Position numbers and translations under genes: made by a program
Origin: Paraphysomonas bandaiensis
Taxonomy: Eukaryota; Protista; Chrysophyceae
NCBI GenBank assembly: GCA_965644295.1
Contig: CBFFRP010000448.1
Span: 1-18,314 of the forward strand
Direction of reading: 5' to 3'
DNA: 18,314 bases
Shown here: positions 9,590-18,314 of the stretch, in pieces
Layout of the letters: each line of letters begins with the position of its first letter
Position numbering within the stretch: the stretch's first letter is position 1
Notes under the pieces: model-generated
Told to the model about the DNA's origin: nothing
Seen by the model: only the letters and a program-made list of their open reading frames with translations
Databases searched by the model: none

Positions 9590-12500
9590 TTACACCATAT
9601 CGGCTATTGCTGCAAACATTGTCAAGAAACATATATGTACATGACAATACAGGTTTTTCTTACTCTGACATGAAAGATCAGAATCATTCCCTTTCTTTGA
9701 TATCTGACGCTCCAAAGAGGATATTTCATCGCAATAGCCATCATTTCCGACTGAGCCCTAGAAATATGCGTCAGCACATTCTACTAAACGTAACAAACAC
9801 AAACATACATCACTACTGCACTCGTATTTCTCTAACTTAGGCGGACGACCGTGCAGAATGGGCGATGATAAGTCAAACATGAACTTCTTTTCCTTCGGTG
9901 AATCGTCACCAAACTCTGTACATAACAATAAACGATCAATATTTCACACCAACACGTTGTAGCAAACACTGCAAGCCGTTTACATAGCAACATAGCAACT
10001 AACCTCCTTTCTGGGAATCGTCATCACTAAATCTCGACAAAGCGGACTGCACTGATATTGAGCTCGGTAAACCAATAACACTGACGGAGCTCTGAGTTCC
10101 TAAGGAGCTCGTCGACAAGTTATTTCTCATAGACAAATTCGATGAGCCGACATCAAATTCGTCGTCTCTTTTGCTGAAGGACCGCTTCCTCATCAACGCT
10201 GTAGCTTCAGGGTTGCCAAATGGAAGAGCCGCATCAGTGGATGTATTCGAAGCAATAATCGTCGATGACAATAAATTCGGGCCATTGTGGCCATTAGAGA
10301 GACCTGACGTAGCGGGTCTATTATGGTCTCCGATTATATGCGAGGTGTTGCGGCGCCTGCAAATACTGTTTACAAATCGTATATTCAATGAACGACAGCT
10401 TACTGCTGCTGCACAGTCTTTTCGACGCTACCAGAGGTCGAGGGCGGAGGTGCCTGTGACAACTTCTGTTTACCGTTGAGTGCAGTTTTTTGACCAGTTT
10501 CCTCATCTTGACGTATGATTGGCATTGACAGTCCTCTTCGTAATTGGGGGGCAGGAGTATCCCCATTGGCACTGTCGTCGGAGTCATCCGCTACACAAGC
10601 ATACTTACGAACACAACAAAAGCGAATTCATTGCATACCCGCAACAGATGCGTTATTCATGATCCCCCCTGGGTGAAACAAGCCATCTCCATCCGCCATT
10701 GCCCACAAGAATTCTGTTATGTTGTCAGGATAGTTGTACATTAGGTTATAATGTAAATCTACCTGAGTATGAGATAACCCCATCCCCATTCATATCACAT
10801 GTATTAAATATATCTTGTATTCTCGCAGCAAGAACAGGATCCATGATGTCCTGAACTGTCTCGACTTTCCCTGCGACAAAATAACAAACCAAAACGTTAT
10901 AGATGCTTTTCAAAGCCAAAACGCGCACCAACAGGCAAGAGAATATCATCATAATTTGTTGGACTCGCATGAAGTCACAAGACAATATTTACAAACTAGC
11001 ATGGCACGTCACTTACTCTCTTTACGCCTGTCATCATCATCGTCGTCCTCTTGAGCGAGCTCTGACATTTTTTTCATTTTGCGCTCTCTTTTATTCTTAT
11101 ACATATCTTGGGACTGTGAAAAATCGCTGTCGACTGAAGCATTGCTTTGACTCGCTTCTCTTATTCCTATACTCCGCACACTGCGACGATATTAATACTG
11201 CTCTAATGGGTTAGCAATAATGCAAAGAAAATACCTTTTCAAAAATCCTAAGCTTGACATCCGGTTAAGCATTCCAGATGGACCACGGAGAAGTACGCCT
11301 TCTTTCTCCTGTCCTTCATCCTTGCTCAGACCACTCAATCGACGAGCGCTCCGACTGTGGTGATGTTTTGCATCCAGAACACGCTGCAAATCCGACACTG
11401 AAGTACAACAATTAACATCGTGTACGACATAATATAACAAGTTGCGCATTCATACCAGTGATATGTCCCTTTTTGTCTATATCCAATAGCTCGAATGCCT
11501 TATTGAGCTCATTAACATCAACCTCGCGTGGATCCAGAGTAGCTGCAAGGAATTCAGTAAACGATATTTGCCTGTCATTATTGACATCGATCGCTTGAAA
11601 TAGAGTGTCCGCATCTTCTGGAGAGAGAGTTTCTTGAGACATATACTGCATAGCATCCACGAACTCCTCCTTTGATAGCGTACCATTGTGATCAGTATCG
11701 AAATTCTGAAAGAGTGTTCGTAGACCATCCGTACGACTGTTCGGTTGACTAAACACAACGGCAAGCATGCTAGTCTTATGCAAGGAGGACATGAATGAAG
11801 TGCGCCGCATGTTACTCAAAATTCGGTCGATACCTTCCAAATTCGATGCGCCTGTTCGTTGCGTTTCGACATAAAGTGTGGCACTGGGGTCAAACCAGTC
11901 GTGCTCCAGAGCATTCATAGCATGCCACCGAGTCCTACACGTAGTGTTTACACGAGGAAAAGTTTTTCTGTATCAAATTTTAATACTCACTTATAATCCG
12001 GATGCATCATCTTCTGAACAAAATCAATGGCCTCAGGCGACACCTTCTTCCAATGGGGATGATTGAAGTGATATCTATCAGCCAAAAATCACTACCACTG
12101 GAGTCAAAGTAATAATTAGACCTGCAGAGCAAAATGTTTGTGATCATAGCGGCTTTTCCAGCCTCCTCCAGCTCTCCAGGTATATGTAGGGCTTCAAACG
12201 GCCTTCTTCCGCATATCACAATATACGCCACTACGCCGGCACTCCATACATCGCAGCGTTCGTCATAGCACTCCCGGAATACCTCAGGTGCAGTGGTGTA
12301 CGGCGTTCCACACCGGGTACGCAGTGGGGTCGCGCCGATAAAGCGTGTCCCGAACCCAAAGTCTATTAGCTTTATTTGAGCATTCGGTTGGTCATTTTCC
12401 AACAGAATATTTTGCAGCTTGATATCTCTGCACTGATTGTTAGATATGAAACATCGACACGCAACCACTACAGCACAGTTACACATGCTACACATATTAG

Positions 12501-13590
12501 AGCTACAATAAATGAGGCAACAAATCCACACAAAACCTATCAACATATAATATAATACAGATATATATTATATCGGTATATAACATGTACACATATAACA
12601 CAATTTAACATACCGGTATATAACAGGTATGCATATAAATATCCGTATATAACACATACATCGGTATATAACACACGTATACAACATCTCGGTAAAAATA
12701 TATCTGTATATAGCATATCGGTAGATAACACTATATATATAAAACTACATATCGGTATATAACTTATATATATAAATATCTGTACATAACATATATATGA
12801 CATTTCGGTGTATAATATGTATATATAACATATCGGTACATCACAGGTATACATATAACACATCGATATATAACATATCTTAATAACAGTAAACAGTATT
12901 AGCAGTTATCTACCTATGACATATTCCTCGCGCATGCATATGAGTTATAGCCGATAGTAACTGTCGAATCAATGCTTTGGCACGTTCCTCTGACACCAGT
13001 GGGCCGGCTCTATGCTCAACTAGTTTACCAAGATGCCCTCCGCTACACAGCTCCATCACGAACCCCACCTATTTATACATAGTATTAGTATTATATATTC
13101 AGTAGTTAGTACGATCTCTCTCTCTATACTTATATACACATAAACACATATACATACATATATAGATATACACCTGTTCAGACGTCTCATATACAGCAAA
13201 CAGACTGACAATATTCGTATGATCAACATCTTTTAATAACTTCACTTCACGTTCAAGACGTTTCGTTTCTTCATTAGTTTTATGCATAAATTTTATAGCA
13301 TATTCATTCCCTGTTTCTTTATGACGTCCTAAAACAACTACACCAAAACTACCACGACCTAATACTGAATCATTATCAATAATATACTTCTCTTCAATCG
13401 GTGTATCATATATAAGTACAAAATTACCACGTAATGTATTACAATGTTCATTTTTCCATTTTTTTCTTGATAATTTACGTAATTTTGATAAATAACGTTT
13501 TCTACATTTCCATATAATATAAAAAATGAATGATATCATTATAAATGATCCACATATTATGATTACTAACAGGGTAACACTAACTGCCAT
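9590..13590 (-). CDS. Calcium-dependent protein kinase (CDPK-like) with N-terminal transmembrane anchor, 4 EF-hands and long C-terminal tail; 14 exons, about 903 aa
   Basis: Exons: 13590-13174, 13068-12914, 12427-12122, 12074-11991, 11934-11456, 11397-11235, 11180-11017, 10870-10763, 10713-10639, 10590-10404, 10356-10004, 9915-9809, 9757-9664, 9609-9590 (2712 nt, all GT-AG, phases consistent). Kinase motifs LGRGSFG, YAIK, HRDIKLQN, DFG, GTPYTTAPE, DVWSAG. EF-hands DTDHNGTLSKEE, DVNNDRQISFTE, DIDKKGHITVSD, DMNGDGVISYSE. The last three exons are least certain; a stop at 9999-10001 is an alternative end. Confidence 0.88.
12541..12880. repeat. Degenerate intronic minisatellite (core ATCGGTATATAACA) in CDPK intron 2
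   Basis: Roughly a dozen variants of atcggtatataaca interspersed with TA/CA runs inside the 486-nt intron 12428-12913. Confidence 0.8.
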
Positions 13591-13789
13591 TTCGATGACT
13601 AGTTAGTGAGTTTATTAATTGAAATAGATAGATATAAATATTCCAAATAATAATGGAATGATCATATGAATGATGGAGTTATAATGAGGGTATGTTGATT
13701 GAACATTAATTAGGAACATGTTTGTTATTTGAAGGTGAAACTAGTTAGATGAGGAGTATGGAGTGAACTAGAGTAACTTATCGCTCGGG

Positions 13790-14100
13790 ACATACATACA
13801 TACACATATATATATACATATATATACATATACGGTATACAGCAGTATGTGAGGATATTGTACTGTTGTACATCACTGTTATACAGTACTGTTGTACTGC
13901 TGTGTACGTACATGCGTTGTACACCATATAGAGCTCCGGTATACAGCATCTGTGTACTGTGTACTGTATACAGAATACAGAGTTGTATATACACACACAG
14001 AGCACTAGATATACACTGAGAGTGTATATGTATGATATGTACAGTACCGCAATACATACATACGTCTGATACACTCACAATACATACCACACTCATATAC
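13790..14100. repeat. Low-complexity TA/CA/GTAC-rich tract in the CDPK/BET3 divergent spacer
   Basis: catacatacatacacatatatata, repeated gtactg/tgtac/tacag words, and cggtatacagca occurring twice. Confidence 0.65.
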
Positions 14101-14174
14101 TCCCCACTGCACAGCCTTCATATCTCTATTATTACACCTACCTACCATCCCTATCTAACCTTTACATACATCAC

Positions 14175-15063
14175 ATGGCCACACGACAACAACAAAATCA
14201 ACGTCTAGGTGACTCTATATGGAATCGTATGCCGAAAGTTAATGCAGAGTTGTTTACATTAACGTATGGTGCTCTCGTATCTCAGGTACACTACACATGC
14301 ATCCATATGATCCTCTAATGACTCTTATCATACAGCTTATTCAAGATTTAGAAGATGTTAATGAAATTAATAAAAGACTTGAAAAAATGTATATATATAT
14401 ACACTTATATGCTATGTAATGATCGTATCTTAAGGGGACACAGCATTGGAGTTCGTATTATAGATGAATTTCTTGCAAAGAGTGGTAAAAGGATTGATAA
14501 ATGATTGGATTTGTTATACTCATTGATTCTCTTAAGGTATTGCTAGCTGTCAGAATTTCAGGGAGACAGCCGATATGATTGCAAAGGTAGTAATGACTGT
14601 GTTTTGATGGTACTAAGCACGTAATATACAACCCAGGTTGCGTTTCGAATGTTTTTGGGGGTCACAGCTGATGTCAGTGGATGGAGTGGACCAGAAACTG
14701 GCTCTGCAGGAAGCGCATTTACACTTGTTCTAAATGAAAATCCATTCTCTGAGTTCGTTGAACTCCCTCCTCAGTATGCAAATCTTCACTACAGTAACAT
14801 ACTATGTGGTGTATTAAAAGGTGCTCTTGAGATGGTGCAGCTACAGGTATGTGTTTCATTTATCTCAATCCTGTATTCCTAAACACATGTTGCAGGTGGA
14901 TTGCAAATTTGTGAAGGATGTATTGAGGGGAGATGATACCACGGAGATTAGGTAAGCGTACATAAGTGTTATGCTGCCCCCAGTAATATCTTTATCTATC
15001 AGAGTTGAACTGAAGGGCCTCATGACTACTGCAATGTCGGAGGAATATTCACGGGAGAACTAA
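14175..15063 (+). CDS. BET3: TRAPP complex subunit BET3/TRAPPC3, 196 aa, 7 exons
   Basis: Exons 14175-14285, 14336-14388, 14435-14484, 14537-14586, 14637-14846, 14896-14951, 15003-15063; introns 46-52 nt, GT-AG. Translation contains KVNAELFTLTYGALVSQL, LEKMGHSIGVRIIDEFLAKS, CQNFRETADMIAKVAFRMFLG, ENPFSEFVELP, YSNILCGVLKGALEMVQ and GDDTTEIRV, all BET3 hallmarks. Confidence 0.96.
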
Positions 15064-16084
15064 TGTGGACAAACGAAGAAGACATATAGTATCATAGTTC
15101 ATACAAGCGTGCATGGACGTACGAAAGCACAAATATATAACCGTAATTATAAGCAAAGTGTTTGTCAGTTCATATATGAATAGAGTTTTTGCAGTGTCGT
15201 CATACCGGTACAAAATATGCTCAGTAGTGGATGAACCTTGTGAAATGTAGCTCATTGTTTCGCAGGCTCTATAGCATATTACTGACGAGTCTATAATATT
15301 CTCTAATGTGATCATGTCAGCTATCAACTAGCAATTCATTTGTAATTTTATTTCTGATTTTGTGTATGATGTACAAAACCAATGGAAGTATGCAGTATTT
15401 ATTATCAATAGTGTGATTATGTGAGTCAGCTAGGTATAAAGTATAAAATAATATGGAACAGTCGACTTTATTTCATTACTAGATTGAAATAACTACGAAG
15501 TATATTTAAGATTTAAGCAAAGAGCAAGTAGATGAGTGGATACATAAGACCTAGAGGAATATTCGTAAATAGTGCAGAATGCAGAATACCACAAATTACA
15601 AATATATATATTATATATTACCTTCTACTGATTAGTTATGAGTAGAGGTCTAAATAGTCTGTCTAGCATTCAACTAGCCACTACATTGGTGCAGATTTAA
15701 CGCATATTGCATACTAAGACTTCAATATATTGCCTTCTGCTGAATGTTTTTTCACAGAAACAACCAAGTGTGCCATAACTTATAACCTGCCTCATTCATT
15801 TTGTAGCAGCAAAATAATTTTCAATGGTTTTAATTTCAATGCAGAAAGTGTAATTATTCTCCCTCACAAAGAGTCCCTTAGTTAGTCACAACTGCATCTA
15901 GACTGGTAGCGAGCTCATCTAGAATTATGCAGTAGTTGACTACTAAAACACCACGATACACGAGCACGTTTTCTTTCAGTAATAAATATGTTAGTTATTA
16001 TTCTACAAGCAACGACGACCACACCACCTGTGCATGAAAACCACAGCGATTCTCCCAGTCACGTTGTTTTGATCGCATTAATAC

Positions 16085-16630
16085 CTACTCCTCATCATGA
16101 ACAACTTTCAATCCCATAGACAAGCAAGACCCAACAATGCATCTGCATATGTGTTCTAATTCCATGTTCTTCATGGCCTCATCTTGCTGTTTAATCTTGG
16201 CAATTTCGTATATTTGTTTCGTGTGTACTTTGCCGACAGTTTCATGACCAGGTCTGTTCACACTACTATTAAAATCCATTTCTCACATAACAATAATACA
16301 TTACCTGTTAGCACCTTTATCTATACCAGCACAACGTTTTAAAAACCAAGATGTAGGTGGTGACTTGACGACAAAAGTAAAGGACCTGTTGTCATATGCA
16401 GAGAGCACTACAGGCATTGGTACATCTTTTGTAAAATTCTTTGTTCTATCATTAAATTGTTTGCAAAATTCTGACATATTAAGACCAAGTGGACCTAGTG
16501 CCTAATTATATGTATACAAGAGTTAGTGTATATAAGAGAGGAGGGAGTAGAGAGATACCTGACCAATTGCAGGGCCAGGTTTGGCAGCACCAGCTGGGAC
16601 ACGCAATCTAACATGTCGGAGAAGAGACAT
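16085..16630 (-). CDS. MRPL11: Mitochondrial ribosomal protein uL11m, 145 aa, 3 exons
   Basis: Exons 16630-16559, 16501-16305, 16253-16085; introns 57 and 51 nt. [38 protein letters not shown]...KSPPTSWFLKRCAG...KQIYEIAKIK...SMGLKVV is bacterial-type L11 with mitochondrial-type features. Confidence 0.95.
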
Positions 16631-16958
16631 TATGTGATGTTAGTTGAGTATTTGATATGAGGAGAGTGATTGTTATATTGTGAAGTGGTTATATATGTGG
16701 AAGCACTGGTCGTAAATACTATACACACACAGTCACACAATATGCTATACACACTGCTGTATATACACACTCGCGTACATACTGCTGTACCTACCGACCG
16801 ACCAAACTCCTGTACCTACAGCATCATACATACAGCATAGATTGTACATACACACATGTACTCTGGTACATACTGAGTGTAAACTCCTCCAAAAAACAAA
16901 TGTATGGTTAGGGTTAGGGTGGAAAAACAACAAAAAATCCTTGAATTTACACTTTCTT

Positions 16959-17042
16959 TAGTTTTATTCTTCAGAAAAGCGGATATTTTGAACAAAGGAC
17001 TAGTTTTATTCTTCATAAAAGCGGATATTTTGGACAGAGTAC
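16959..17042. repeat. 42-bp tandem duplication (2 copies) in the uL11/HAD divergent spacer
   Basis: tagttttattcttcagaaaagcggatattttgaacaaaggac (16959-17000) followed by tagttttattcttcataaaagcggatattttggacagagtac (17001-17042). Confidence 0.9.
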
Positions 17043-17151
17043 TGAACATACCAAACATCTTGTACTTTAAATAAAGTGAGTTGTAAAAGACAACAAATAG
17101 ATTCATAACTTCGAAGTATTTCCTAATCCAATTATCTATCCCACATTCAAT

Positions 17152-18314
17152 ATGGATCAAGATAATTGGCGATCGAATTCACTTTCTCAACGTACAGTAC
17201 GTGAAAATGATCCTCCTAAAATGTCTATCAATTCTATTCAATGCGGCAAAATATACACAGGCATTATTAAAGCCATTATACATAATTCTAAACGTATTGG
17301 AATGTATTGTCAGTTTGGAGAGAATGGATCTGTATTTGATCGTGATGGTTTTATAAGAAAGATCACATTTAATGCTAAACATGGTCGTATGTTTCATAAA
17401 TTCGATGAGGTGAAAGTTACATGTATATCTACCAATCCAATCGAGTTATACTTAACTCCTGAATACGTCAAACCTCTATTGATACTTGATGTCAATGGAC
17501 CATTAGGTGAACGATCCAAATATGATACTCATCAACCATATAAACGTGAATTTATTAAAAGAAATTATTGTAAAGAATTTATAGAATTCTGTTCAAAGTA
17601 TTATGAATTAGCTGTATGGAGTTGTAGTAGAAGAAATAATATTGAGTTACATATATTCTCTGATGTAAATCTATATTTTGTATGGAGTCAAGATGAAGCC
17701 ACTAGTTTATATCCGAGAACATCTGTGGTGTCCACTGCTAAGGTGACCATTGTATATGATGTTGTTATATATTGGCATATCTTGTATTAGATATAAGACA
17801 CTATGTACCCTTAGTTAACATGATCTAATTGTGTGAAATGTGTAGCCATTGTTTTTAAAGGAGCTATCGTTAGTCTGGGAGAAATTTCCATCATTCAACA
17901 GTTCCAACACGTTGCTACTGGAGAATCACATTGAGAAATTTGAGGTATATATAATTCGAACGACATGTTCCAACTACATTGTATTAGTTCTAGAGATTAG
18001 ATAGTATGACTCTGATATAGTTTTGTTTGTAGCGCAATATATTTGGGAGCGGCATATTGTGTCCCGAATTCGACTCGAATGATCATGATGACTGCGAACT
18101 GCATCCGTCCAATGCTTTGGCTGACCATCTGCGTGCGATGGCAACTGAAAATCCCCCCAATATATCTCAGTATGTTGCACAGCGGGCGGGAACTGAATTC
18201 TACTTTCCTACTTCTTATCCTGTACCACCTGAAGATATATCTTCAAGTGATGCGAAAGTTGAAATTGAATCTCCTGTGCATGCGACCCCTGGTTCCTCAG
18301 TCACTAGACCGTCG
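17152..18314 (+). CDS. FCP1/NIF-like HAD-domain protein with an N-terminal S1-like segment (3' truncated by the window)
   Basis: Exons 17152-17742, 17846-17944 and 18033 to the window end, all phase 0 and GT-AG. Motifs KPLLILDVNGPL, KRNYCKEFIEFC, YELAVWSCS, FVWSQD, KPLFLKELSLVWEKFP and NTLLLENHIEKFERN match the FCP1-homology (NIF) family pattern. Confidence 0.85.

Noticed and set aside
10171-12066. Several + strand and off-frame ORFs within the CDPK locus
   Set aside because: Explained as shadows of the spliced minus-strand exons.
12540-14096. Tyr/Cys/Ile/Val-rich ORFs at 12540-12863, 13725-14096 and 13778-14074
   Set aside because: Products of low-complexity TA/CA repeats in an intron and a promoter spacer.
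15049-15327. 92-aa minus-strand ORF
   Set aside because: Non-ATG start, antisense to the BET3 3' end/UTR, no motifs.
16745-17160. Minus-strand ORFs in the uL11/HAD spacer
   Set aside because: They lie over low-complexity DNA and the 42-bp duplication, with no coding signature.

Overview
Gene-dense eukaryotic (protist) DNA; a stramenopile/SAR-type origin is my inference from the CDPK and the ~50-nt GT-AG introns. Eight genes alternate strictly in strand, forming four head-to-head pairs: MCM10(-)/polycystin-TM-like membrane protein(+); secreted DOPA-4,5-dioxygenase-family protein(-)/TEEPCPS-repeat membrane protein(+); 14-exon transmembrane-anchored CDPK(-)/BET3(+); mitochondrial uL11(-)/S1-like plus FCP1-like HAD protein(+, truncated by the window end). 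Each 520-670 bp divergent spacer holds a repeat or low-complexity tract. The most unusual structure is a 118-bp, 114/118-identical inverted copy of CDPK exon 11 just downstream of the CDPK stop, bracketed by 9-bp direct repeats, which could fold the CDPK transcript into a long hairpin. All gene models were spliced by hand and family calls come from motif recognition; no searches were run.
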